DNA of 63,388 nucleotides, the filler included, from Octopus bimaculoides (taxonomy: Eukaryota), in the NCBI RefSeq assembly GCF_001194135.2. It is 3 parts of 3 records of this genome, joined end to end, with 100 filler letters (N's around TTAATTAATTAA, not from the genome) between each part and the next. Parts side by side here need not be neighbours in the genome. Positions count along the whole stretch, not along the records: positions 1 to 23,836 come from NC_068999.1; positions 23,937 to 52,002 come from NC_068990.1; 1 more part is not named here. One strand, given 5' to 3'. Under the pieces are notes generated by a model, which ran no database searches, was not told the origin of the DNA, and saw nothing but the letters and a program-made list of their open reading frames with translations. Of the stretch, positions 22,722 to 36,822 are shown one piece after another; position 1 is the first letter of the stretch, and every line of letters begins with the position of its first letter. The position numbers and the translations under genes are program-made.

Positions 22722-23836
22722 CATTCATTCACACGTATTTATGCATACATAAGTTCGTACATACATACATATATACATACATATAAATATATATATATAT
22801 ATATATAAATACTTAATATATCACATATTCTACACATATACACATATGTATATATACATTCACATACACATACATATTGAGGCATGGTTTTCTATTCTTG
22901 TCTGTATCAATATCTGTACATATCACATATGCATACTTACATGTGTGTGTGTATGTGTGTGTACATACCCACTATATACCCACACGTCTATACTAAATAC
23001 CGTAGGCTATTGTTGACTATCTATTGAGTGCATTGCGGCATTATACCTCATAAGAAATGCGTTTTAATGTAATAGTAAGTTAAAGGTAATAATACGTCAA
23101 AAATGATTGTAGTTGATTGTGTACATTTCGCATCTAGATTCGTACGAAATAAGGCTTATCAAAAGCTGATGTGTGCTAGCATGGTAGTACCGTGAATGTA
23201 TTACTGATTCATTTGTTAACGGTCCCCGCCGATATAAATTGCGCGTTCGGTTTGCAGAAACAGAATGTGTCCCAGCACGAATTATAGATTTCCACTTGAA
23301 TTTTTTTGTTATTGGTGAACTTTATGAGTTATTGAATTCTGTTCCCTATTTATCTCGCATGCTAGTGTCGTACCTTAAAATATTCTGATATCTTGTTAGT
23401 AAAAATATATTTAACGATATAAGTCTTTTTAAATATATCAAGGTGTTTATGGCAATATAACTCAGACACTAGTTGTAGTGTGTTGTGTTTTGTACACGTC
23501 GTTCTTCTCTACTTCCGTCTTAATTTCCCTGTCTCTCATCCTCAGTCTCTCTGATTCTATACATCTCATACACACACATACATTGTTTGTAATTTCTGAA
23601 GCCATCTCTTAGAGTTTCATGCAGAGCGGCAATCTTCAGGCGAGGATGGTTTGTGGCTGGAGTTCAGGTGATATTCGCCATAAATTTATTCTACAGAATA
23701 TCATTACGGTATTGAGTTCTTTTCAGTTCCTCCGTGAATTATTTTGGCAGAAGAAATATTTGCAATCACAACACCTCACACGCACACACACGCACACACA
23801 CGCCACATACACCCCCACACATACTATATATATATA

Positions 23837-23936
23837 NNNNNNNNNNNNNNNNNNNNNNNNNNNNNNNNNNNNNNNNNNNNTTAATTAATTAANNNNNNNN
23901 NNNNNNNNNNNNNNNNNNNNNNNNNNNNNNNNNNNN
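23837..23936. other. Artificial scaffold spacer N44-TTAATTAATTAA-N44
   Basis: Exactly 100 bp; the central 12-mer is self-complementary with TAA in all six frames; identical to 52003-52102. Confidence 0.93.
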
Positions 23937-23973
<37 letters not shown>

Positions 23974-24154
23974 TTGTTCGAGTAAACCCTACAGAATGTG
24001 CTTCAGCATGATCACTGTCTTATAGCTGAAACAGGTAAAAGAATATGAAAGCTGAACATATCTATGTACTTATGTATGCATGTATATATGTATGTCGCAT
24101 GTATGTACGCATGCATGCATACATACTACATATATACACATGTATGTATGTACA

Positions 24155-24340
24155 GTGGAGGCGCATGGCTTAGTGGTTTCGATTCCTAGATGCGTTGTGT
24201 TCTTGAGCAAAATACTTCATTTCACGTTGTTCCATTCCACTCAACTGGGAAAAGTAATCTTGCAACGGACCGGCGTCCCGTCCAGATGGGGTATACATGT
24301 CCAATGGAAACCGGGAAACTGGCCATTATGAGTCGGCATG
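24155..24340 (+). mobile_element. SINE family D with an internal deletion in the tRNA head
   Basis: ggcgcatggcttagtggtt joined directly to tcgattcc, then gtgttcttgagcaaaatac..ccactcaactgg..ggaaaccggg. Confidence 0.75.
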
Positions 24341-24895
24341 ATTCGTTTACTTATGTATGCTTGTATGTATGCATGTATGTATATATGTATATATGTATGT
24401 ATGCATGTATGTATATGTATGCATGTATGTATGCATGTATGTATATATTTCTATCTATCTATCAGTCTACCAATGCATTCATAGGTATCTATCTATGAGT
24501 TTGTCTCTCTCTCTCTCTCTCTGCTAATATTTCTATTTCCTTCCTTGGTTCCTTCGTTCATTCGCTCGTTCGTTCGTTCGTTCGTTCATTTTTTTCTTTC
24601 ATTCTCTGCTTCTTCTTCTTTCGTTCCTCGCTAAATTCCAACCGTTCCTATTTCTCGTCGTCCAGTTTCCCTCTCCGAATTGTATCCTTTCATTCACGCT
24701 CTCGTCCTTTCTTCATTCTTCTTTACTTCTTTCTATATTTCACTTCATATTTTAACAATATTTTAAATTCTTTTTTTCTTTTTTCTCACTTTCTCACTAC
24801 ATTGTTTTCCCTCAGTTTCAACGTCTTTCTCCTCTTTGTATTATATCCTTCTCCTCCGCCCCACACCTCCTTTGTTTTATTAAAACATCATCTCC

Positions 24896-24926
<31 letters not shown>

Positions 24927-25898
24927 CTTCTTCTTCTTCTTCTTCTTCTTCTTCTTCTTCTTNNNNNNNNNNNNNNNNNNNNNNNNNNNNNNNNNNNNNN
25001 NNNNNNNNNNNNNNNNNNNNNNNNNNNNNNNNNNNNNNNNNNNNNNNNNNNNNNNNNNNNNNNNNNNNNNNNNNNNNNNNNNNNNNNNNNNNNNNNNNNN
25101 NNNNNNNNNNNNNNNNNNNNNNNNNNNNNNNNNNNNNNNNNNNNNNNNNNNNNNNNNNNNNNNNNNNNNNNNNNNNNNNNNNNNNNNNNNNNNNNNNNNN
25201 NNNNNNNNNNNNNNNNNNNNNNNNNNNNNNNNNNNNNNNNNNNNNNNNNNNNNNNNNNNNNNNNNNNNNNNNNNNNNNNNNNNNNNNNNNNNNNNNNNNN
25301 NNNNNNNNNNNNNNNNNNNNNNNNNNNNNNNNNNNNNNNNNNNNNNNNNNNNNNNNNNNNNNNNNNNNNNNNNNNNNNNNNNNNNNNNNNNNNNNNNNNN
25401 NNNNNNNNNNNNNNNNNNNNNNNNNNNNNNNNNNNNNNNNNNNNNNNNNNNNNNNNNNNNNNNNNNNNNNNNNNNNNNNNNNNNNNNNNNNNNNNNNNNN
25501 NNNNNNNNNNNNNNNNNNNNNNNNNNNNNNNNNNNNNNNNNNNNNNNNNNNNNNNNNNNNNNNNNNNNNNNNNNNNNNNNNNNNNNNNNNNNNNNNNNNN
25601 NNNNNNNNNNNNNNNNNNNNNNNNNNNNNNNNNNNNNNNNNNNNNNNNNNNNNNNNNNNNNNNNNNNNNNNNNNNNNNNNNNNNNNNNNNNNNNNNNNNN
25701 NNNNNNNNNNNNNNNNNNNNNNNNNNNNNNNNNNNNNNNNNNNNNNNNNNNNNNNNNNNNNNNNNNNNNNNNNNNNNNNNNNNNNNNNNNNNNNNNNNNN
25801 NNNNNNNNNNNNNNNNNNNNNNNNNNNNNNNNNNNNNNNNNNNNNNNNNNNNNNNNNNNNNNNNNNNNNNACACTCCCACCCTCACACGTAACAGACA

Positions 25899-25940
<42 letters not shown>

Positions 25941-26080
25941 ACATGCACAGACATACACCCGTACGTACACATACACACTCATACATACATACATATTTGT
26001 GTGTAGACGCTAAGGAGTGCACACAGGCACCGACATGATTATAGACCACAACATCACAACGTCACTACTACAACTACTAT

Positions 26081-26114
<34 letters not shown>

Positions 26115-27059
26115 ACCTCTGTACTAGCACCAACACGCCTCCAGAACGAAATCACCACATGGCCGCAAAAGTATCATTACTACAATTGCAACGGCAGCAC
26201 ACAACAGCTTCATCATCACTACACAAATTTCGCAACCGCTGGCAACGTTGCCGCCGCCGCCGCCGTCACCACCATCACCACCACCACCACCACCGTTGTA
26301 AATAATAAATTTACAACGATAATATAAATAAAATGAAAATACAAGAGCAGTAACAAAAATAAAAATAAAAATAAGAAGAATGATGATGATGAAGATGATG
26401 ATGATAATAATAATAATAATAATAATAATATTAATAATAATAATAATAAAAATAATAAATTTACAACAATGATCTGAGCTACGGCCTAATTATAAAATTA
26501 TACTGTTTGTATTGAAACAGCCATTCATTATTTAGTTGAAGTGGTTTATTTGTTGTTGTTGTTGTGGTGGTGGTGGTGGTGTTGCTTGAAGGAAGGTGCG
26601 TGATGTGGTGGTGTTGGTGTGGAAATCGAGTGAGGGATAGGTGAAATTTGAGGAGGAGCAGTAGCAGGAGACGTCGAAAGAGAGAGGTGTAGTGTGAAAG
26701 AGAGAAGAACTGAATTAGAGAATGTGGGTAGGAGAGAAAGTGAAAAGATAGGATGAGAGTGGGATGAGAAGAAAGAGGAGTGAGGGGAGATAAAATGATA
26801 AGTATAATGGAGGGGCGGTGGTCAGAGTGAAAGCAGAAACGGTAAGAGATATTGGAAATGTGATAAAGATGTATGTATGTATCTATGTACGTATGTATGT
26901 ATGTATGTATGTGCGTGTGTTTGTATGTATGTATAAATGAATGGTTTTATGTATGTATGTATGTGTGTGCATGTGTGCATTTATGTATGAATGTATGTTC
27001 TCTTTCGCTTTTTGGTTTAAAGAAAATTTTCACCGGCCACCTACTCGGTAGCAAGTTGT

Positions 27060-27390
27060 GAAGGAGAGAAGCTTGTTTCTACCATAATCCTTTAAATATG
27101 TAGAAGGTCTTGCATATTTATGTAGACCTAAATAATGTGATCATTTGTAGCATATGAATTAAGGATTTGCGTTCTCTCCTCAAGATCCCAACTTCAGCTA
27201 TAATTTGTTCCAGACGGGTTGTTATGTATCCTGTAGGTCCAATATTAATAGATATGGAACTGAAAATGTGTCCTGGGAACTGGATTTGCAAATTCTTTAT
27301 CAATGGTCCTTTTCTCTTGTATGGTTCTTACTACATTTGTGTACAGAGATCAGCTGATTTCCCCAACAGACCATATAAAGAATGAATTAA
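27060..27390 (-). mobile_element. R4/Dong-type RLE LINE, C-terminal fragment
   Basis: Minus strand KNLQIQFPGHIFSSISINIGPTGYITTRLEQIIAEVGILRRERKSLIHMLQ follows the RLE C-terminal pattern (..FRFIPVIIGALG..). Confidence 0.7.
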
Positions 27391-27589
27391 GAATATTTAC
27401 GACTGACATATCCGTAAACACAGAGATACGACATGGCGACTCTGGCCGGGTGTTTTAAATTATTGTCTCTTAATTTTTGATATGTATGTGTGCATGTAGT
27501 ATGCATGTATATATCTGTGCATGTATGTATGTTTGTTAGTATGTATGTATGTATGTGTGTATACATGTGTGTGTATGTATATATTTATC

Positions 27590-28080
27590 TATGTGAACTG
27601 ATTACACCAAGTTCCAAATAGATAAGAGCAGTGACTCACCGGTTTGTAGAATATGCGGCAGCAAAAACGAAATAATGTCACATATTGTGAATGAGAATAG
27701 AAAACGCCCAAAACGAATACAAAAGGAGCCATGATAACGTAGCTAAGTTTCTTCACTGCAAAATGTGTGAGAAATAAGTCCCTGAAAGAACATAAACAAC
27801 ATAAAGTACATAAAGAGCTTAAACCAGAAGGAGTCACTGAGAATAATGAGCATAAAATCTACTGAGATTTTACAATTCAGTGACTCAGTGATAGATCCTT
27901 GGAGATCGGACATTGTTGTAGTGGATAAAAAGCGAAGAAAGAAACCAAGGTCATAGACACTGCCATGCCTGGGGATGCATGAGTGAGTGACAAAGAGCTG
28001 GAAAAAATTGAAATAGCTACTAAAAGACGAAGTTGCACGAATGTTGGCTTTGAAGAGAGTAACAGTCATACTAGTGGGTA
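27590..28080 (+). mobile_element. R4/Dong-type RLE LINE 3' fragment (zinc knuckle plus RLE)
   Basis: CRICGSKNEIMSHIVNE, AQNEYKRSHDNVA, DFTIQ, RSDIVVVDKK, VIDTAMPGD, LKDEVARM. Confidence 0.88.
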
Positions 28081-28087
28081 ACTGTCA

Positions 28088-28580
28088 TTCCCAGATACGT
28101 TTCTAGCTCTTTAGCACTGGACGGATACGGTGTTTTTACATCTTTTTACCAAATGAGAGAATTTTTTTCTCCACGATAACAGTAGTGAACTTATCTTTCG
28201 AAGTTGAAATATGTTACAAGCATAGTTTAACTAACCTGAAGTTCGATTATACCTAAACACTGCTTGGTGCTGATTCTTCAGAAACTCTTCCGAACTAGCA
28301 GTCTAATGGTGCCACTCGGTCAATGTTGTTGATTGCGTTTTAGTTAAAACTATCGCTTTAAACCTATCCAGATTTACCTCTCTTCGGTATTTCCTATTGA
28401 TAATGGCTAAAAAGCTAGAAATGCTTCTGGGAATCCGACAAGGAGCAGCAATGGACAGATATTGTGTTTTCTCTTCTTTTTACTATAAGAGAAAATTCTT
28501 TTTCTCCGCGGTAGCTGCATTGGATTTGGCTTCAGAAATTGAAATATGTCACTAACATATTTTAACTAACATAAAGTTCG
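28088..28580. repeat. Unclassified foldback repeat family A, locus 2 (two tandem arms)
   Basis: 28253-28464 aligns with 13590-13797; the arms ending at 28245 and 28580 (..aagttcg) are the reverse complement of 13345-13470. Confidence 0.8.
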
Positions 28581-29420
28581 CATATATATATATATATATA
28601 TATATANNNNNNNNNNNNNNNNNNNNNNNNNNNNNNNNNNNNNNNNNNNNNNNNNNNNNNNNNNNNNNNNNNNNNNNNNNNNNNNNNNNNNNNNNNNNNN
28701 NNNNNNNNNNNNNNNNNNNNNNNNNNNNNNNNNNNNNNNNNNNNNNNNNNNNNNNNNNNNNNNNNNNNNNNNNNNNNNNNNNNNNNNNNNNNNNNNNNNN
28801 NNNNNNNNNNNNNNNNNNNNNNNNNNNNNNNNNNNNNNNNNNNNNNNNNNNNNNNNNNNNNNNNNNNNNNNNNNNNNNNNNNNNNNNNNNNNNNNNNNNN
28901 NNNNNNNNNNNNNNNNNNNNNNNNNNNNNNNNNNNNNNNNNNNNNNNNNNNNNNNNNNNNNNNNNNNNNNNNNNNNNNNNNNNNNNNNNNNNNNNNNNNN
29001 NNNNNNNNNNNNNNNNNNNNNNNNNNNNNNNNNNNNNNNNNNNNNNNNNNNNNNNNNNNNNNNNNNNNNNNNNNNNNNNNNNNNNNNNNNNNNNNNNNNN
29101 NNNNNNNNNNNNNNNNNNNNNNNNNNNNNNNNNNNNNNNNNNNNNNNNNNNNNNNNNNNNNNNNNNNNNNNNNNNNNNNNNNNNNNNNNNNNNNNNNNNN
29201 NNNNNNNNNNNAATTTTATTTTATTTTATTTTATTTTATATTATATATTGTATATTATATTATATATTGTATATTCCGTATTCTATACCCCACATTGGTT
29301 CTGCAGGAATATAAATAAAACATAAAAAACAGACAGTGTTGGAACTCTTTTAAACAAAATAATATATTCCTCTATACACAATCATACAAAAAAACCACCT
29401 CTTTTGTATTTATTTTTACT

Positions 29421-29471
<51 letters not shown>

Positions 29472-29499
29472 GTATATGTGTGTGAATTCGTGTCTTTAC

Positions 29500-29715
29500 G
29501 TCCATGTTTCTCTACCGACAGCGCTCGAAAACCAGTGTTGGTGTGCTTACGTCCACGTAAGTTAACGGTTCCGCAAAGAGGTCGATGGAATAAGTATCTT
29601 GCTTTGAAGAAATAAGCACTGCAGTCGATTGATTTGAATAAAAATTCTTGAAGGTGGTGCCCCAGTATGGCCGCAGTATAATGACTGAAACAAATGAAAT
29701 GGAAACATGAAGATA
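29500..29715 (+). mobile_element. SINE family A, 3' half, diverged
   Basis: ggtgtgcttacgtcc..cggttccgcaaagag..ggtggtgccccagtatggccgcag..gactgaaacaa. Confidence 0.8.
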
Positions 29716-30583
29716 AATAAATGGACGATATCATGTGACGTTAGATGTATATTTGACTTACAGATGGTGTCGACTGTAAACTTACGCCACCCTGGGATTC
29801 TCGAGATAACGAGATTCCTTACTCTTGCTCGATGAATCGATCTGCTAAAAATAAGAGCTACATTTCCCCCGAAATGCACTCGACCAACATGAAAAAGGAA
29901 ACATCACATTGGGCAGCAGAGTGTCTTTTATAGAAAAACACGAGCAATGGTCACTGCTACGGTGACTTTGATTATATGTAACTTTCGTTGATGAGAAGCG
30001 AATTTAGGCAACAGAAAAAACTATCACCAACACTAATAATATGAAGGAGAAGAAAAGAAAGGAAGAGGAGGGGGAGAAAGAGAACAACATTAACAATAAC
30101 AACAGCAACAGCAAAAGCATCAACGGCGAAAACAAGTTACTAACCTGCAAAGGGTGTTTCTTATTTCGCAACTACAGATGTCTAACAATCTTTGCGACAA
30201 TCAAATAAGAGTTGAAGGTTTATTTAAAGATCAAATTCCTGTAAATGCAACATTTCATTTGTTAAGCATTTATCAAATTTGAACCAGCAAACTCTCTAAT
30301 ATTATCGACGAACAGGTGATAAAGTGGGCGTGGTTGCGTTTTGCAATTTTGTAATGATTGGTTGGTGCTCTTCAGAAATCTTGAGGACGTTTAAAAGGTT
30401 AACAGCGTATGAATATGTATGTTTCTATCTCCCTACCTATCAGTATATTTATTCATCTACTTACTCATCCTATAAATTGTGAATCTATTTATCTACCCGC
30501 GATTTATCTACCTGTCTGCCTTCCTGCTGACCGACCGATTGACCTACCTACACACACACACACACACACACGAATATACACGA

Positions 30584-30644
<61 letters not shown>

Positions 30645-31329
30645 CATNNNNNNNNNNNNNNNNNNNNNNNNNNNNNNNNNNNNNNNNNNNNNNNNNNNNN
30701 NNNNNNNNNNNNNNNNNNNNNNNNNNNNNNNNNNNNNNNNNNNNNNNNNNNNNNNNNNNNNNNNNNNNNNNNNNNNNNNNNNNNNNNNNNNNNNNNNNNN
30801 NNNNNNNNNNNNNNNNNNNNNNNNNNNNNNNNNNNNNNNNNNNATATATATATATATATATATATAAATGTATTTATATATGTATGTATGAATATATACG
30901 CATGTGTATATGTATATCTATCTGTCTATCTATTTATAGCTATATATATGTCTGCGTGTAATTTTATACAAACACATACCTTATACGTGTAGGTATAAAC
31001 ACAAACAATATAAAGAATGAATTAAGAATATTTTGACAACTGATATAGACATAGAAACAGAGATACAACATGGCGACTCTAATTGGCGTCTGATCGGATG
31101 AACAGAACGGATCTAGGCGAAAAATAAAACGTCAGAATAGCAATCTTTAATGAAGATGCCAGATCATTATAGAGTATTAACTGAAAGATTTGGCTGAACT
31201 CTTTCTCCGTTTAGTTTGTCGCTTTTCCATTATCAATATGTTATCAACAGGTTTGAGGAAATTGGGGGATTGCATAGACGGGCGAAGACATAAATACTGA
31301 AGTAAGATAAGTATGAGAACAGACGATGA

Positions 31330-31900
31330 AGCTCATTAGCAAGTGCTGATAGGCAGGTAAAGACGACTACTGTAAAATTAAATTGTGTACATCTGTGCTG
31401 CACATTGATATATGGAGTTATTAACGATGTTAGGCTTGTTGTGAGTAAAAATTAAGAATGTGAACATGTGGCGACGAAACTGTCGTACGATTAGAAACAT
31501 CTGTAGATGTATTACCTAATGTGTCTATATATGCACATTAAAAATGTATATATATAGACACAGTTTGTCTTTCTCGTCGTCAACAAAGTCAATGACTAGA
31601 CAGAAAAGGCGGACAATTTCGATAATATAGTTACGAAGTAGGCAGAGGTTGATGTGATATACTTAGAATTTACATGCTGAATGGGTAGTTACAGTTCATA
31701 TATGCCAACTAGAAGCATAATGATTTGCAGATAGTGGCTAGACGATAGATGAAAAACAAGAAAACTATAGATGCTAACTGTGCTGAGACATGGCGTCTAG
31801 AAAGTTTACAAGATTAAATATTAAGAATAAAATAGAGTTTATATTTAATTCTAATTTGTTTCTTGTAGACAGGCTACTATTACTCTTTAAAATATTACGA
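31330..31900 (+). mobile_element. Heavily decayed CR1/L2-type RT relic
   Basis: gaggttgatgtgatatacttagaattt = EVDVIYLEF (compare VDxIYLDF), preceded by a QFVF (QHGF-like) block and followed by QLEA (KLxAYG-like). Confidence 0.45.
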
Positions 31901-33239
31901 AATATTACTGATTAGGTTGCTTATGTCATCTTGTTTAGAAAGTAGCATAAGGAAACACGACTAACAACCTGATTACATGATTTCTGACAGCCAATCACGT
32001 AGAGGTAGATGTAGTATAAACATATTGATCCCATTGCTAAGACTATTGATGCGCTTTCAGTACATCTTGGGAAGACAAAGAAACAGAGCTTGCTGACGTT
32101 TGAAGAAAAGCTTTCTAATCAAACAGGCTAAAAAGTAGGATCCTATACATCTCGGTTACGATGAATAATTACACATACACTTAATATATATATACATATT
32201 ACGGAAGTCAACGACATAAAAATGTGCAAAAAGTATAACCTGTAATTCTAGGGGGAGAAAATCACTGCGAGAAATCGAACCTGAAGATTTGAAGTACAAT
32301 CTAAAACTTAGCAGTATCGATTAAGGAAGTGTAAGAAACATCTTTTTTTAAATTGCTGAAGATTGTGTTTTCCATTTGTTATTATTGAACATATTGGAAC
32401 ATTGTATATAATATCCAATATATATTATATTGGGAAAATGTATGTTCCACAAATAGACACACATAAAATTATTATTATGCTGAGCGCCAATATCCATACA
32501 TACATACATACATACATACATACATACATACATACACATACACATATACATCAGTCTATTTCTCTCTTGTCTTACGTACATGAAGATGCTCACATACCCA
32601 CACACACACAGACACACAGGCACACACACACACACACACACACACACACNNNNNNNNNNNNNNNNNNNNNNNNNNNNNNNNNNNNNNNNNNNNNNNNNNN
32701 NNNNNNNNNNNNNNNNNNNNNNNNNNNNNNNNNNNNNNNNNNNNNNNNNNNNNNNNNNNNNNNNNNNNNNNNNNNNNNNNNNNNNNNNNNNNNNNNNNNT
32801 ATATATATATATATATATGTACATATATATACGCACGTAGACACTCATATTGAAATTATCGGTAAATTGGAGAGACACTTTGTGGTAACCATGTTTGAAT
32901 GTATGTCTCTCAGTCTGGTAGCCACACACACGGCTTGTCTGGGTGGTGTGTAGTCGTCCATTCAATCGATTGGCGATGTATTTTCTGACTGGTGCCATTA
33001 CTACAAAACCCACCCAGTCTGTAGACGTAGATGTTCTTGTATCTATTCGCAGTTTTGCACTTAAGACAGACGACGTGATAGTTAGTAGTGGAGTGAGACA
33101 TGAGTTTGTGTGTGTGTCGTGGGCGTATTGGTGGTGGTGGTGAAATCATAGATTTTTACAGCATTTCATCAGACATCATATATTCGACAAGAAAACATAG
33201 ACAGACTTCAGTATGTTACTGTAACAATCACAAACGTAC

Positions 33240-33935
<696 letters not shown>

Positions 33936-35899
33936 ATAAACATGGATGTATTCTTCAAGATCTTTGATCTTTTGGCGTATCTTTAAGATTATTCTTATGC
34001 ATTCAATATTAGACGTTGTTGTTGTTCTTGTTACTGTGATGTTGCAGTTACTGTTGCTGAGTTCAACTATCATGTGACCCTCAGCTATTTCTATTCAAAT
34101 TCGATTTTTTTCGCCATACACACACGTACACGACCATATCTACCTGTGTATGTATATATGTGTGCATGTGTGTGTATTATTATCGATAACTTTTCCTACA
34201 TACATAAATATTTACCTAAATACATACACATATACATGCATACACACATATTTACTGGTCACAAGAATTTATAAGAGGGAAAAGTAAAGCACTCAATACA
34301 TATATGAGAATAAAATATATCTAATAATATAATGCGTTATTGATAATACATCGCAACTTAAAAGTTGCATACCGAGTGTATGTCAAGAAACGATCGGACA
34401 TTGAACTCATCTAGTTCCTATAAAATCCCTGATATATATGGATATTTCTTCATTGCACTGTGGATTAATAAAGTCATAATGGACATAATCCATTACATGT
34501 AAACAGTGTTAACGTGAGTTATTTTCTTGCAGTTTAAATGAGGTGAGAAAATGCAGAAAGATTGTGATTAAAAAAGAAGAAAAAGGAGGAAGGACCACTA
34601 AATAAAATGAATATGGAAAGTAAAGTGTTGAAAACATGCTTTTTTATAGAATGTGAAATGCCCAAAACGTCTGCTAATGCAATACAACTCAAACTTAAAC
34701 GAAAAGCAATGTAATTCTTTCCGTCACAATGTTAACGATTGATCTATTTGGCTATATGGATAGATAAAAAGTTTAAAATGTCACAATGTATTGTGAGGTC
34801 AGGTGGGTTTGAAGAGGGAAAAAAGAGAGGGGTGTATTAATAGATAGATAAATAGGCAGGTAGATAGATAGATAGATCAAGAGAAAGAGAGAGTAAGAGA
34901 GAAATTATTCCTGGTAAACAGTTAAGTATTAACCAATTCAATACTCTTTTCATATATTTTCGAAAATAAAGACTAAAGATGATTAGAAAGAATCTATCCG
35001 TCTAGGTTTGAAGTTTGAAAGAACATGATACTAATTTTGTAATCCAAGGAGACGACACAGATAAAGAACTCAATACTAAAAAAAATCTTAATGAATCTGT
35101 AAACTTTATACCAGATCAAAGACATGTTACTCTCATTTAAAATATAGACAAACACGAAACCTGTAGCAAACATAACGAAACGTTCATATGTATTTATTAA
35201 GAACCTGCACGTAGTTTAAAACAAACGTTGATAATATCAATAAAAGAATATCTCAGCTGGTATCAAGTAAATGAATCTTTAATAATTGGAATATAAACTG
35301 ACATCATGTACCTCAAACTCATATCTAATTACAAGGTTACACGCTCTGAAAAGTGGTGCCTGCATTTATTTAAAATCCGTTCTTCCTACAACTTTCACTT
35401 GAACACAGGCAACAAAAACTTTCCACTTATTTTAGTTAAAATTTACTCTTCTTTAACTATTAGGAATTCATCAACCCAACGCGAAGCCTCACTTCGTTTT
35501 TCGACCAGACAAGTCGTAGTTTAGGCTTAATCAGAAACCAAATTAAGGATTGTATGATATTAATCAAACATTTCTTGGTTGTGACAGTGTCTTTGCTTAT
35601 GTTGGTTTTCTTATTTCTTGCTCTTCTATTTACCATTTACCTATTGCTTTTAAGAGCTATTTTGTCTGAAAGCGAAAAAGAACTATTGAGCCGTTTCATA
35701 ATTAATGAAGGTAGACAACCTAGTGAGACATGCAAAAGTCCTTGGAGAGGGTAAATCCTAAGAGACAACATTTATCATTTCTCTTGATTTAATCAAATCC
35801 ACTCTTTCACTTATCCATCACTATCCGTTTTAATAATTGCTGCTTACTTTTAGCTACTTCGTTTTTCGGTAATAAGATGTCTAACATTTAACTTTATGA

Positions 35900-35928
35900 T
35901 CATGATCATCATCACCACCACCACCATT

Positions 35929-35960
<32 letters not shown>

Positions 35961-35996
35961 AATCACCATCATCATCATCATCATCATCATCATCAT

Positions 35997-36077
<81 letters not shown>

Positions 36078-36090
36078 AATCATTCCCATC
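35900..36090. repeat. (CAT)n microsatellite
   Basis: Direct reading. Confidence 0.98.
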
Positions 36091-36164
36091 ATTATTATTA
36101 TATGAAAACTCAACTTACTGGCTATGATGGAAAGCGTCAGCAGACTCAAGTGACGTTTGTTTAC

Positions 36165-36665
36165 TGGTCATGCTTCAAGAATTCTGCGAAGAATTCTTGC
36201 GGTTCCAACTAATGCTGATTTTTGTAGGTGTTCTACCTTCATACTTGTACTGATCTTTGTCAGCCATGCTGGTAGATGAGTGCTGATACTTTCAAGTGCA
36301 CCAATTACTATTGGCATCACGCCTACTCTCTTCATTGACCACAACCTTCGTATTTCCCACTTCAAATCATCATAGTTTATTTTATTATTCACCATTCACA
36401 TTGATCCTGTTGTCACTGGGGTATGCTATGTCGATTATCATACATGTTCTCTCGTTTTTATTCACCAGGAAAATGTCCGGTTTCGGATGTCTGGTCAGGT
36501 GACATCGTTGCATTCTACAGGATTTTGCCATTCTTATTCTCGGTGACTGTTCTGGAATTTTCTCATACCACGTATTTACTCTTTGTGGGCCGTGATTTCC
36601 ACAGAGCTCCCAATGGATCTTTCTTGCCACATTGTCATAGCGTCTTTTGTATTCGCGTTGTGCCA
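36165..36665 (-). mobile_element. R4/Dong-type RLE LINE 3' fragment
   Basis: AQREYKRRYDNVARKIHWELC, KPDIFLVNKNERTCMIIDIAYPSD, LKWEIRRLW..PIVIGAL..LQKSALVGTARILRRIL. Confidence 0.92.
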
Positions 36666-36759
36666 AATAATAATAATAATAATAATAATAATGATAACAA
36701 TAATGATAATAATAATAATGATAACAATAATGATAATAATAATAATGATATTATTATTA

Positions 36760-36821
<62 letters not shown>

Positions 36822-36822
36822 G
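36665..36822. repeat. (AAT)n followed by (ATT)n: convergent microsatellite tails
   Basis: Direct reading; the two tracts are mutually complementary. Confidence 0.95.

Noticed and set aside
26040-26310. CpG-containing mixed trinucleotide region and a 10-bp hairpin (cgttgtaaat/atttacaacg)
   Set aside because: Low-complexity mosaic; no ORF or promoter evidence.
32830-33200. Unique GC-richer stretch with short ORFs
   Set aside because: It could be UTR or regulatory DNA, but no homology or clear splice pair supports a call.
34515-34550. Plus-strand AG-TTTAAATGAG-GTGAGA microexon candidate
   Set aside because: 10 nt, frame-shifting, with stops in two frames; expected by chance.
34990-35450. Possible DNA-transposase relic
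   Set aside because: Similarity too faint to assign.
35554-35754. Hydrophobic 66-aa ORF
   Set aside because: T-rich compositional artefact; no homology or splice support.
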